Below, piece by piece: positions 1 to 14,500 of a stretch of DNA of 64,000 bases. The translations under genes and the position numbers were made by a program. Location of the stretch: contig CM119263.1 in the NCBI GenBank assembly GCA_051294375.1, positions 6,487,645 to 6,551,644 of the forward strand, read 5' to 3'. Numbering within the stretch: the stretch's first letter is position 1; each line of letters starts with the position of its first letter. The notes under the pieces are model-generated. The model was not told the DNA's origin and searched no databases. It was given only the letters and a program-made list of their open reading frames with translations. The DNA comes from Paraspadella gotoi. Lineage: Eukaryota > Animalia > Chaetognatha.

Positions 1-171
1 ATCGAGCGAGTTGCATTATGATGGATGAAAGGCGCGCCTACTCTCAGCATCAAAGAAATTTTGATTCCATCGCCAGTTGCGCCTGACTCTGAAAAAAAAA
101 ATAAGGAAAAAGACAAATATAAAAAGCGAGGGAGTGAGGTTTTGGGGGTGAGGCGGCCTCCATTTCTCTAG

Positions 172-215
<44 letters not shown>

Positions 216-955
216 TTCCCCTCCCCTTCCTCACTCTTCTTATAATTCATTCGTGTCGCGCGATGTTTGCTCTTAACGCTTTGTTTTTCGTCGTCAACGT
301 CACGTTATTTTACTGCACGTCACAACGCCGCCACGGCGTGACTCCACGACGCTCGACATCCATTCGCCACCGGCGACGTCGCAAAAGCATTTCAACAAAA
401 AAGAAAAAGAAAAAATACAAAAAAAAACGTTTTTTTGTCATCGCGGATATTAAAAAAGTATGGACGACAAAAGGCTATTTTCGAGTACATAAGTTTTTTG
501 TAATTATACTCCGTTCAAACAAAATAACGGGGATACGTCATGAATTATTCCTCTCTCCTTTCTTGATCGACTGGGAATAAATTTGTCAGACGATAAACGG
601 AAAATATGGGTGTCGCGCCTCTCGCGCTTTAGGAAATTTGTCGAGGGATGAACAGGAAATATGTGCTCGTGTCAAACGCTCTTTTAATAAATTCATACGT
701 CGTAGAAAGAATACGTGGTAAAAAAAGGGAGAGAGATTCTCTTTAATTTGGTCGATTTGGTGGCGGGGAGAGTATAGCGTTGGGAGGGGGGGAGGCGTTG
801 GTTTGTAATGCGTGTGAAAGTTGCCGTTGGTCGAACATTGGAACACAATGGAAATAATGGAAGTGAGAAGGAGGGGATTTGAGAGATGAATGGAATCATA
901 AAGGAATAAGAAAAGGGTCGATGTAGGATATTGGAAGAGGAGAGACCGAGAGTTT

Positions 956-1010
<55 letters not shown>

Positions 1011-1593
1011 CCACGAAGAATGGATTGGAAAAATTGAAAGCTCGGCTAATTACCGAGAAGGGAAATACGAGGGGAGGGGGGGGGGCCGGGGCAGAGAGAG
1101 AGAAAAATGTTGCCCCCTCCAAGACTCGAGAGGAGAAAAAATATACAAAAGAACCGTAAAGAGAAGAAAAAAGCAGAAACTCGACTACTCGACTCCATTT
1201 CTTCGATTTCTATGCGAAAAAATGTGGAAAAATGATATGGAAACGAAAAAGAAAAAAAAAAAAAATTTGGTCGTAGGGCGGACCAGCCTGAAATTTTGTC
1301 TCAAACCTGTGTTTTAAAAATTCCAGAGGTGAGCAAAGTTTCAGGTGTGTTCGACCTCGGCGATTTCCTCGGCGATTTTCTCTCGTCTCAGCGCCCCGAA
1401 TCTCGCGTGAACATTAAATTGTAAATATATTTTTTGTTGTTTTTTTTTCGGTAATCGTATATGATGAAAGTCTACAAAATTAATTTGGGCGTAAAAAGTG
1501 CATTATTCAGTCGTATTATTGATTAAGATCTTTATTCAAAATTTTCTTTTTCTCTGGCTCTATTTTTTTTATCACTCTTTTTTGTATCCGCAG

Positions 1594-3635
1594 GGAAAAA
1601 GATCCTCCGACGCCGACAAAATACATCAAGAAATGGGTCTTTGACCGGAAGAGCGAACGGCTCGATCTATTCCTGGACTCCTTCTTCAATGGCAAGTACC
1701 TCCATTACCTTTTTCTTTTTTCGTCCATTTTCATCCAGTTAAATTGTTAGAATAATATTATAACCATTTTGAGGAACGAACGCTCGTAAATTTTGCTTTT
1801 TCTGTCCGATTGTTTTTCTACTTAAAGTGATCCAAAACATAACAGATTATCGTTGTTGTCTCCGTTGCCATGTGTTTCTCAATGTCCCTATTTCCCCTCT
1901 TCTCCTTCTATTTTGCCTTATCCGGTATCGCTACAGTTCTCCTTTTGCCGATATCTCACGCATTTTGCCCTCATGTCTCTTTCTCTATCTCTCCTTCTCG
2001 CCGCGTATTTTTCACTTTAATGCCGCGTCTCTTTCCCTCTCGCCTTTTTTTCTCTTCTCGCCGTCACTCTCTCTCTCTCTCACCGCGTGTTCCTCCACTC
2101 CATGGTCCCTCATTCTCTCTCCCTATGACATAGAGAGATGGGCTATGTTTTTTAACTTTCACGTCGTGTGACCTCTTTCGTCGTCTCTGCGGCATGACAG
2201 CCCACGCGTCTGGCGTGCAACGTTGCTCTGCGGCCCGGGTACACGCTCCTCCACGCCTCGCCGATTCCCGCTTCATCTTCTTTAATACTATTTACGCCTC
2301 GGTTGCTTTTAGCGTTTTCCACCTTCGAAGCCTCGCCGCTCGTCTCTTTCCCTCGCTCCTATCTTCTCTCTCCGCTTTCCTATATTTTTTCTTTCTCTTT
2401 CGTTCTCCTCAATCTCCCCCGTTTTCGTTCTCCTCTCTGCCCTTTCGTTCTCCTCTTATTCCCGATTCTCAATTATCCTTTTACTCAACCGTTGTACGGC
2501 ACTTACCAATTTTTTTCTCTCCTACTATTCCCCTCTGTCAAACGTTGGTCTCATCCCCCGTAATTTTCTCTGCTCCTTCTCGCGTATCCACGTTACAGAG
2601 TCTCTCTCTCTTTTTCTCTCTCTCTCTCTCTCGCACATCTGTTGGAGCATGTCCCTTAACTCGTTTCTTTTGTGTTCTACCTTCATTCATCACATGCGAT
2701 TCTAGCGTCCGCGCTGCCTGGCCGGAGCATACGTACGCCGACGCTATGCAAATGCGGGAATACTTAGCTTAAAAGTCCCCCATGAAAAAAAATGAGGCAA
2801 AAAAATTAAAAAGAAGAAAAAAATTGTGACAATGGTCTCTCTCTCCCCTCTCTGCTCGCGGTGAGCGTGAAAGCGGTAACCGACGCTCCCCTACTCTTTT
2901 AGACTAATAAATACGGTCTTTTTTTCCCGCGGACTCTCGTCCCAGCTCTCGCTTTCGATTGCTTGTCACATGTGATGGAGACCAATATAACCCTTTTGTG
3001 AACAACGGATCCGTTGTTTAAGCCAATGTGCTGTACTATCCGACGCACGTATCAGGAACATTCAGTCAGATACGTAACCCCACTGGTGCATATTTGTAAT
3101 AATCATTAATGGCAAAAGTTAAAAAGTTCACAGATGAGCTTTCAATTCCTTATATTGAAACTATTTTCAATATTGGTTGTTTTTTTTTTCGCTCATTTTG
3201 CATAAAGGAGAGTGACCCGTTTTTCTCTATTTGTGGAAACTCGACCCCATTTTTTGTTAGTCCTGGTGGTGGTTGATCACAGCCGAGGCTGATGTGGCCC
3301 TTTTTGCCATCTGGAAATCCGACCTATCGTTTTTTTCCAACTCCTTTTTTAGAGAGAGAGAGGGAAAAAAAGGAAAGAAAAACTGTCACTCGCCCGCCGG
3401 TTCGATGGCCGGGCACGGACGAGAGAGAGATTCTTTTATGCCTTGTCCGCTCTCGGCGTAGTTCGATGAAAAGGAAATCGCGAGCCTTTTAACCAACGGA
3501 CCGACCTTTCCAGTTTCCTCGAACCTATATTTTTTTTGTGAGTCGCCCCTCTGCCCCTTCTCTCTTGCCGCGTCGATGACATTAGAGATAAGGAATCTCT
3601 CTCTCTCTCTTGGTTCTCCGCCGTCGTCGCTTCCA

Positions 3636-3693
<58 letters not shown>

Positions 3694-5055
3694 CAGCTAA
3701 ACCGTGGTCCTCTCTTTTCCTCTTCGAGTTAAGATCTTTATCTCTTTATTCCTTCCTCCCCCCTCCGCTTTGCCACCCTCGCCCCTCCCACCGCGTTTTC
3801 CGCATCTCGATCGTCGTGAGGGAAATTTCCTCTCTTTCGGGTCTTGTCGACGCCGGGATTTTGTAATGGCGGAGTAAATGGATGATGGGCGTAAACAAAG
3901 GCCTTGACGTCTTTGGCAGGAAACAGGGTGAGGAGATTTTTTTTTCCGGACGGGCGCGCTTTGGTTGGCGAGGCGTGGGCGTTGACGGGAAGGTGGGGGG
4001 TGTGGATGGGGAATAATCGATAAAGGAGGGTGAAATAGGGACTCGAAATGGGGCCGGCGGCGCCACTCCCCCCCGACGTCATCAAACCGGCGCGCTCAGA
4101 AGGGAGAACGTAACTGGATTTGGGCGCGCGACACTTGATGCAGACGTGACGCGCTTTGGGAAGGCTTAGATCGAAAGGACCCCGAAATTTTTTGACGAAT
4201 AAAAAGCGCGAAAATATGGACGGTTTCCAACTGGTGCCTCTTTCCGTTTTAGAGGCCCCGCCAGCTTTCATTTCCCAATATCAATCTGAGATTCGTGAAT
4301 TTTTAGTTTCCTCACCCCCTTTTTTTGTCTTTGTTGTCGCCTCGGCTCATGCAAATATCGACCCGTCTGGCTCGGGAAGCCTTGAATCCAAAATGGGGGG
4401 GGGGAAATTCAAAGACAAAGCGTTTAATATTTATTAGATCTCGAGCGTGGTTAGCATATTGTTTTCTGGAACTGTATTTAAAATGAAATAATTCGGTTCT
4501 TTTTTGTGTCTGTCTGAAAAGTTTCTCTTCGAGGCTGCCATTCGCTAATCCTGTTAGCGTTTTCGCCGGGCAAAAGCAAATTTCGTTCACTCCGTGCTAT
4601 AACGAGTTTTTTCGGTTTAAGATGACTTTAATTAAGCTCTCACTTTCCTTTTCTTAAGTTAAGCACAGGAAAAGACTTACAAAAAAAAATACATTTACAT
4701 AATATATATCTTTTGCCTATTTTTTTTATTTTCTCTCAACATGAGATTTTTAACATCTTCCCCTTCCTTCTTGCATGCCTCCTTTTCTCCCGCATCCACC
4801 TCCTCTCAGCCTAAAAGCGAAAATATGTTTTTGGTCTCGCAGAGACGGGAATCCATTATCTGGCGATAGCGGACGCCACCTTCAATTCCGGACGCCCACG
4901 GAAAGATGAGATCAGGGAGCGACATTACGAGGTTGACGCGTGGTGGACCCGCTGCTTGGAGTGGGGCGTCGACAATGGGTGGTCCTCGGGAACCTGTCAA
5001 ACTCTTAACACCACCACCATACGGTCTGCTCATTGCAGGTAAGAGAGTGCCTTTT

Positions 5056-5124
<69 letters not shown>

Positions 5125-8100
5125 TTACCTCCTCCCCTCTTCGTTCTCTCGCCCAGCTTAGAGAGCCGATCCGACATAATGGAATTCATGAAAATATTCA
5201 TTGTTTTCTTCCTCGTTAATTCATCCGTGAATAACGATCGTCACGGAGAATATTTTTTTCAATTTTTTCCCCCCCTATCTATAAATAAAAAAGATTCCTG
5301 TCGCGCTCTTTCGATTAAAAAAGGTTCCCTTCCGTCTTTTTTCCTTTCAGTATCGGTCAGAGTTATAAACGTTATACTCTTTAATGGATAAATTAAAATA
5401 AAAAAGGTTTAGCGATTATAGACCGTCCATCCCCCGGCTTCGTACGATCGTTTTTTGCGATCAACGGAGCGATAATCTTGTCAAACAACCTTCCTTGTTC
5501 TCGCTATCAATTTCCACACATTTCCCATCTATGGTCACGTCCCCGCCATATCCATTCCTCCGTGCCCGTTACCCATGAGCTTTCTTATCTATCGATCTCT
5601 ATCTTCCCCTTTCCCTCCTTTTCCCTCTCTCTCCCTCAGCATTTTATCTTTCTTATTACACCCTCATTCCTCCCTATTCGATCGTCCAAGTGCTGTTCGC
5701 ATGTAATCTGACCAAACAACTTTTCTCATTTTTCCTCTTTTGTAATGAATTTGGTACAAGCAAATAAATATAGTGGTTTAAGCCTTAAATTAAGGCCATT
5801 ATCACTCTTACAAGATAATGACATAACAGAATATCTGGTTTCTCTATGAATGAAGTGGTATAATATTTCAACGAATGTTTCAATTGTATAAAAGAACCAC
5901 TCCCTTTATTACGATCCGTGTAAAAAAAATGAGGGCACTCTTAAATCTTAGATTACGCGCGTTCCATGTATATATTTAAAAAAAATTTAAATGGTAAATA
6001 TAGATTTAAAAAAAAAAGAATTTAAATGTGTAAGTTAAAAGAAAATCAGTCCAGCTATTCAAGAGCTACAGCCCCCGGAAAAAAAAATGGGGAGAATAAA
6101 CTATTTTTGAAAATCTGCAGAAAACATATGATGGCATTCAGCCTTAATTTTTAGGCGTTGTATTCATGCATCTTAATAAATTAGGAAATGTGGATTTTTG
6201 GAAGAATAATCCATACGAGTAAGCTAAAAAAAATTGGGTCAAGTCATTTAAGAGCTATAATACCCTAAACACAAGAAGTTAAATATATATTAATTTTATT
6301 TCCTTCTAAATAATTTTCATAATAAAGGAATCTAATAAAATTTATATGCGTAATGTTTTAGGGCATCCTCTTTTTTTTTTTTTTTTTGCACTTTATGAAA
6401 TTGGTAATATGGATATTCAATCGTTTGGCCGCTCTATTTCTTTTCGCCGTGGCCTCGAGCTCGTCAGTCTTTTCACTTCCCTTATTTTATTTTATCCGAA
6501 TTACCACCTCGCAAATTTTTTTTTTTTTCTATAACATTTTTTTTCCTGCCTTCTCTTGTCAATGTTCGCTAGTCGGCCTTGCCCAGCCGCCTCTTATCTA
6601 TTCATCTTCTCTTCCTCGTCTAACCGCTCCCGCTTTTTCCATCTCTCGTATGAAAATCGCCCGGCTGCTTATCTGTCGTATTGAACTTTTCTCTTTCTCC
6701 CTTCTTCTCCCTCCTCTAACTGCGAACAACTATTCAATTTACATACCGTCTATCATTTTCTCCTTCTCCGTCTTGTCCTATGAGTTTGTATTTTTGTGCT
6801 GATTCATCTCTGCCCGTCGTCGGAGTAGAACGTATCCTAAGTCCTCACCCCGGATCATCCCATTCACCATACCCGGGCTTTTCCCTTTATCGTTCGAATC
6901 GATTCTCCGTTGTTACACTAATGAAAAGGATTCTTATGTTTCTCTCTCTCTCTCCCCTTTCCTCCCTACCTCTCCCCCAGATGCGAACGCCCCTCGTCGG
7001 TGTACGGCTCGTCCTCTCTACCCGTACGCGTGCTGCGCGACGACGTCGTCTCTCTCGACGTCAACGTCTTCTTCCCGACGTCGAACCACGCCATCCCCGC
7101 CGCCCTCTCCCTCCTCCTCTTCGTCGCCCTCTTCGTCTTCGCCTTCGCCTGGCGCGCCGACGTCGCCGACGACGTCAAAACCCAAGTTATTTACTTGCCG
7201 GTGAGGCGAGACGGGGAGGATGGGGGGGGAAGTGGGTAAGAGGTGCTGGAGGGTGGTGGGCGATTATTAGACGTGAGGCCCCGCCGTTTCGAAGGTTCAT
7301 GAGGCGAAATGAGTTGTAAGCGAAAAGATTTAAAATGTCTAAAGATGAAGAAGCAGAGGCGAAAGAGAAATGTATCTGACGAGAAAGTCGATGGCGATAA
7401 TAAAACCCAGAAACATAAAAAGTAAGGGAGCGTAAGTGGTGATTGGAAACCGTCGATAAAGATCTTTAATTAACGGAAATCATTCTTTTACCATCGCCTC
7501 TCCTCTCTCTGCTTAGGACAACGATCCCTCGCACCTCCAAGCCTATCAGATCACGGTGGAGACGGGGTTTCGCCGCGGCGCCGGCACCACCTCCCGCGTC
7601 TCGATCGTGCTGCACGGCGCGGACGGCATGTCGGAGACGCGCGAGCTCGTCGCCTTCCATTCGGGCGCCGCCAGCGCGCGCCATCCCGAAGCCAAGGCTT
7701 ACCAGCGCGTGATTCGGCAGAGCGCGCGGCGGCTCTTCGCGCGCAACTCGAGGGACACATTCGTTATCACGTGAGTCGGAGAGAGAGAGAGAGAGTGAGT
7801 GAGATAGAGGTGGAGAGAGAGTGAGTGGAGCCTGGTGGCGTGGGGAAAGTGGTCGGAAATTGAAGCTAAAAAAAGGTGATTAGATTCGTCGAGATGGATG
7901 CGTCGAGAGCCGCGTTCGTCGGCCGGGAGGGTATAATTCCTTCTCCGTGTCGGGGTCTCGGCGAGGCCATTCTTATTCACCGCTCGCTCTTGCAGTTTTT
8001 TTTTTATTCTTTTTCTTTTGTAATGGCTTTCTTCTCTCATTCGTCCATATAGGTTTTTTTTTCTCTTTCTATATGTGCGCGAGTGTGTCGCCGTTAGGAT

Positions 8101-8318
8101 TTCTTTTTTCTCACTTCGCCATCTCCCGAGTTTTTTTTTCCTTCTACGATTTTTATTTTTATCTTCTCGGCTTCACCTTCGTTCCACAGATTTTAACCCC
8201 GAACATAATTTTCTCTCTCTCGGCGTACGGCGTCATTTTTTTTATTCCTGTAGTTTCTTATCCTCTTGTTCATCTTTTCAAGATTTGAAAAGATTAAGCA
8301 AGGGAGGAAGTGAAGTAA

Positions 8319-8367
<49 letters not shown>

Positions 8368-11300
8368 TTAAACTCACGGGCTTCGACACCGGAAATTTGT
8401 TCGTTCTCATGCGCCGCGTTAGCGCTTTGTGATTCTCGTTGGGTTTCGCAATTTCTGCCAGAATGAATTAGTCATAGAAAAAATTTGCCGCGAGACAAAT
8501 AAGCTTCGTCGTCTCAACGAAAAAAGAAGAAAAAAGTAGGAGTGAATGGAACCGCTCTAACGCTCTCTCTCTTTTTTAACAGTTTATAGTTTGAACACGA
8601 ATTGGTCGAATTGGTCCACCTTATCTATCCTGTCATCCGACTCCCCCTCCCCCTTTTTCCCTGCTTGAAATTTTTTCCTCTTTTTCGACTGGGAAATTGG
8701 AATGCCCAGATAGATCTGGGTTTGATGGATCTATGCCAATGGATTCTTTTGATCTGGGGGATGTTAGTGACAGATGGAATTGAATATCAGTTCCTTTAGG
8801 ATTTCCCTCTTTTCGCTCCTCGGAATTCAACCCCCCCCTTCCACAAGTACGTGGATCGAATTCTTTTTTTCAAAATCTTTTCCGATTTTTAGATTTTTAT
8901 TGAGCGGAAGCTGGAAAAACCACAAAATCTCTCCTTGCTTGGCAGTCTTCTTTTTATCTTTCACTATTTTTTGTACGTAATTTTTTTTTCTCATGGGCCT
9001 TGAAATTAAATAGAATATTCCTATAATTTTAAACAACTTATTCTTATGAGTTTTAAGCAGTCGGGCTACGCTTTCTATAGAGCGGAAGCGTCTCTTAAAA
9101 GTAAAATCGTCCTTGAGAACGTTTTTATTATCGAGAATGAAATGATAAAACCGTTGGAGAGTGTCCCGCCTTCAATCTTTGATTTCCCACAGGAATACGG
9201 GCTGATTAGTTTCTCTTCTGCCCTTTAATTTGATTAGTTGCGCCGCCACCTGCTATGGATACGAATTGGAGAGAAAAATAGGGGGGAGCACCATTGTCGG
9301 CATTGTCGCAGTAAGACGGCAATGACGATTGCGTCCTCGTTAATTGATATTTATTATTTCGCGCTTTCCTCCAATCAAAAAAAGGGGGCGTCCAACGCAG
9401 AATTAAGAAACGAACAAAGCGATACCGTCCTTGTTTTCGATTTTCTTTCGCCACTAATAATGAGTTTCTACAGAAAAAACCTTTTTGCCCCCAACAAAGC
9501 CATTTTCTTGTTTGGAAGAAAGGGGGGAGGGGGGAAAAGCGAAAATGGTAGAGGAGGGTCGGCGTCTTTCCGACTCAATTCCTTTTCGCTCGAGCGAACT
9601 TTCTTGTGTTGGGGAGCGAATGAAGGGGTCGCCTGGGCGCGCTCCCTCGCTTGAGAGAACCGTAATTAAGTTTGGCAATTACCATCTTTAGGATTTAAAA
9701 TTGTCGTTCGACTTTTATGGCATTATATTGATTGACAGCCCACGAAAAGCTGAACAGAAAACGCTATTTATGTAAATCTGAAAAAAAAAGTTTTTGTTAA
9801 AAAAAAGACTGTTAAAAACAGTTAAGAATTAGTCAAAGTAATTTCAAAATGTTTCTTCCCACCCTCCCATATTCCATACAGCGTGCCAAAATCCCTGGGA
9901 CCAATATGGAAAGTTCAAGTATGGCACGACAACTCTGGAGCTTCGCCCTCGTGGTTCCTGTCCAGAATCGTCGTCGAGGATCTCACACTTCGGAGGACGA
10001 CGACGACGACGACAAGGACAACGACGACCTTCGTCGCCGACAAGTGGTTCGCCGTTGAGGAGGACGACGGAAAGGTGGAGCGAGAGATACTCGCCGCGGA
10101 GGGCCCCATCGACAAGAGGCTCGTCTTTAAGGCCAAATGTAAGAAATACGGAATGTTTGAGCAATTTGAGACAAATGAGTTAATTTATTAAAGAATTACG
10201 TAATAATAAGCGAGGAAATCTTTGAACCACGTTAATGATTATTAATTCACGTTATCTTTGTACTATGAACGATATTTTAAAACAACTCGAGACTCGAAAA
10301 ATTTCCTGTAGCGCGACTCGATAGAAATTCCTCGCCCTCATCCTCATTCTTCCCGCGTTTCGATTCTTCAGTTTGTCAATACTTGACCGACTTTCACCTC
10401 TGGGCTTCGATCGTGACGCGACCCTCCTATTCCCGGTTCACGCGTTGCCAGAGATGCGCCGTCTGCCTCGCTCTCTTGCTCGGCTACATGGCCCTCTCCG
10501 CTTTCTGGTGCTTTTATCGGGTAAGATGGCGATCGTCGCCGGACTGAGACCCACAAATTTCCAAAGAAAGCGCATTTCTGGTTTTTTTTTTTCTTCCCTC
10601 GGCTTTTTCTTTTCTTATTCCCGATATTTTGGAATTTCTCTTTGGTCCCCGATGCTCCTTTTTTTCGCCTGGAAAAATTTGCCCCATTTTCACTTTACTT
10701 CCCTTTTTTTCACTTTCCCCATGTCCCTAATTCTATTTCTCCGTCCAACCAGGAGGAAGAGTACCGCGGCGAGTTGGCGTTGCTTGACGTCTCGTGGCGG
10801 ACGGTGGCGGTGGGGTCTTTCGCCTCGCTCTCGCTCTTCGTCTTTCAACTCTTGGTCGTCGCCATTTTTCGACGAAGCAAAGTGAGAACCTTGAAAATTT
10901 TTAGTAGTTATATTTATATATGACGACGAATCCTACATCTTGCATCACGCCACGCCACAGTTTTTCCTTTAAAAATGAAAGAGAGAGCAATTCTTCTTTA
11001 ATCCCCCCTCATTATTTAGTGGATGAAGGCTTTTTTTCGATTATCGCTTAGAATCCCCTCCATCGATTCCTCTCCCGCGGAACAACGACCCTCTCGTTAT
11101 TAAGCCCTCTAACCTCCCCCCCTCTCCTGCCCCCAACTCTCCGAGGAAAACTATTTGTAGAGATTTTTCCCTCTTGCTTTAACGACCTCGCAAAGTCGCT
11201 TTCGATTTTAGTGACGTCTGTTTCCTCGCCAATCTCCCCCCCTCCCCCTTGTCGACCTTTGCACTTATTTTCTTCGGTTCCCTCCTCGTCCCTTACCATT

Positions 11301-11519
11301 TCGCTACGTTCTCTCTCTCACTCTCTCACACACATATCTTTTAGGTAAAGCGCTACCATGCGACCTCCGGCCCGTCGCCTCTTCGAAGAGTGGACCCAAG
11401 ATTGCCCACTTCCACCAGGTAATCCTATTTGTCGTTGCCGACAATTTTTTTCCCCATTTTTTTAAGCGTCGTCCCCGTCAGAAGGAAAAAGGCAGAAAGA
11501 GAAAAGAGGGAAGGGGGAG

Positions 11520-11551
<32 letters not shown>

Positions 11552-14500
11552 AAGAAGGAGAAGCCTTAATTGCGTCCGCGCCCAATTATTTCGACTGCGT
11601 TAGAAAAAGGGCTCAGACGACGTTTGTCTGCGCACATGCCGGGAAAGTGCGCGCGCGAGGAGAGAGAGAGAGAGAGAGAGAAGAGAGAGAGAGATTGTGT
11701 GTGATGGCGTGACGTAGGAAAAAGTTAGAAGCCAAAGAAAAGAAGCGAGAGTGAGCATGGATGGCGTTGGGGGGGGAGGGGGTGAGTGCGACGTTTTTCA
11801 AATTCAATTAGCCGCGTCGCTTCTTACTCGACTTGTATCGCTTCCTTCTCCTTTCTTATCTCCTCCCTTATTTCTTCCTCTCTTCTCCTTTTCCTTTCTT
11901 CTCTTCTCTTCCTTTCGCTCTCGGTTTCTGTTTTATCGGATTTTCTCAATTAGAACCGAGTTTTATTTGTTCGTAATGAATTTTTTATTCTTTCCTGTAT
12001 TGGCTCATTTTTACAAACTAAAAACAAAAAACCGATTTAGCCATATTTTTTAGTGCCACATTTTTAAAAATCGTTAGTTTTTCACCCTTTTTTTATTTAA
12101 TCTCCTCAAACGTTTATTTAATTATTCCTTTAGCGTCGCCACGGCCGCCAGCTCGGGAGAAGTCGACGACGACGACGACAGATCCTCTCGACTCGGTAAT
12201 CGGAGCGTCGACGGTCTAGTTGGCGGCGACGCCCCTGGCGACACGCAACTCATCGCGTATTCCGTCTTCGAGCAGGTGCGCCCTTCTTTACTAACTCCCC
12301 CTCTACCCCCCCCCCCCATTTTCCGCCCTTCTTTCCGGCCGATTTTCTCCTCTTTGACTTCGGTCATGAGCAGAATCATTAGTTTAGGATCCAACCATCC
12401 GTAACTTTTTTTTTATCCTTTTTCCTTTGCCCAATTTTTCTTTTACTTCGTCCCTTTTTTCTCATTTCCTTTTTCCCCCCTTGCCCATCTTTATTTTCCC
12501 CTATCCGCTTTCTCGCTTTCTCTCTCTCACACACGGTGATCAGACCCTTCAAACGTGGCAAACGCTCCAAGAATGGGCTCAGAGGGCGTGGGCCAAGCAC
12601 TATCCCCACCACGTCGACCCCGACGGCCGCGAGGTGGCGCAAGTTGTTAAACAAGTCGTGGGTCGCGGGCGGGTGAGAACCGAGGAGCCGACCCTCGGCC
12701 CGGAGACGGCTTTTTTTCCCCGCCCCCCCAAGTTTCCGGGGCCTGAAGATTACCCCTTCTCTGGTCATCCCCTGGAGCCGGAAATAACCGACATCGCGTT
12801 CCCCAGTCTGCGACCGAGCGCCGGTCTGCTGCCCTCTTCGGCGTCAATGGTGACAGCCCGTCCACCCCACTCATCCCCGCCGTCTGCCCGCGCCGATCGG
12901 CGGCGCCTCTTCCTTCCGCCCCAATGGCGCTGGGTGGCGTGGTTTCTCTGCGTCGCCGCTTCCGTCGCCGCCGCCTTTTTCACGGTCTCTCTCGGCGTTA
13001 AGTTTGGGCGGCGACGAGCTACGATTTGGCTTCAAGCCGTCTACTTCGCCTTCGTTCAGGTGAGCGAGTTACTCGTTTCGTGTATTTGGTTTTATTTTCG
13101 AGGTACAGTACCGATATTTATTCTTTTTATTTTAAATAAATATAAGAGGCATGTGTTTTTTTCCACACGAGTGTAATTTCAGCTCTCCGATCTTATGAAA
13201 TCTATAATTGTTTCCCTTTCTTTTTGGCTTTATGTAAAATTTGTACGACCAATATAAAATTATCCTTTCAATTAATAAATAAGTTATCTTGCCCATGACT
13301 ATGGAAAGTCTTTGGTGGTTTGAGGTCTCCATCATCACTCTTACAAGATGATGACATAGCAGGTCCCAGAAAGCTTTCAATCAAGACTCTGTCACAATTT
13401 CGTTTATAAACTGGCTTCAATGAAGTGGTATAATATTTCAAAGAATGTTTCATTTGTATGAAAAGACCACTCCCTTATATTGTTAAATGTCAGCTTTGAA
13501 CGCTTAACGTTTGAGTCTCTCCGTTTTATTATGCTCGTTTAGCCACGGCGCCATCGCTCGACCCCATTTTTTTTCCACTGCGCGCGCTCGATTTTTCACG
13601 ACAGCCTCGGTCCCGCCTCGGCGTTGGAGGCGGCGGCGAATTGAGAAGGCGTTTTAAGCTCGGCGACTTTGGTGAAAATGATTCGGCGATTATGCGGAAT
13701 GGAGCCTCGTTATCCGGGTCTCGAGACCGCGGGAGAGTGGGGGGGGGTTTCTGGGCTGAGAACGCAAGCCTTCGATTTCAATTCGTTGTGAGCCCTGTTG
13801 AAACTGGCGGAAGAACTTCTATTTGGGTACAACTTCTTGACTCTGAAGTGAGCTGGGAGGATCGAAATTGTCAGCTTTGATACTGAGCAAGTATGTTTAA
13901 TTATTTTCGAAGATGAATCTACAATAAAAATGTTCGTAAATATCGAAATTAATGTGGCCCTTCTAGCGAGCCATCGTATAGACTATAGAATCGAACCGAC
14001 CAGGCGGGCGAGACCGTGACGATATAAATTTTCGTCGGATGCTACGGCAGGCGGTGATTTAACCTTTTCCCCCCTTTCTTCCATAATGTTTTGGCCTTAG
14101 AAATCTCGGATACAAATTACCGCCTTCCTTCATATCCTGAAAGGAAGAGAACTGCTTTCATCGCGAAAATATGTACGCATATTTGACCCCTTCCACAATT
14201 TAAAAGCCCTTAAACTTTCCTCCGTATTTTCGTTTATAAGCACTGGTATCGTGCGATCCCAGAAGCATGAATAAAATTTTGAGAACGGGATTTCTCTTAA
14301 CCCAAAATTTGGATTTGGAAAGAAATATTGAGATATTAAAATAACAATATCGCTGTCTAATAATGAATGTTTTTTTTTCACAATATTGTTGATAGGCTAT
14401 ATAAAATAACATTTTGCATACTTTTATTATTTTTTTTTTTTCGTAATTTATAAATGAATATATGGTTGATTTTGACGTTCCTTCTTTCTCGTTTTCTCCT

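Noticed and set aside
16-6800. Many ORF-track entries with poly-(ER) or poly-(SL) and Phe/Lys-rich sequence
   Set aside because: These are translations of (AG)n/(CT)n microsatellites and poly-A/T tracts in introns.
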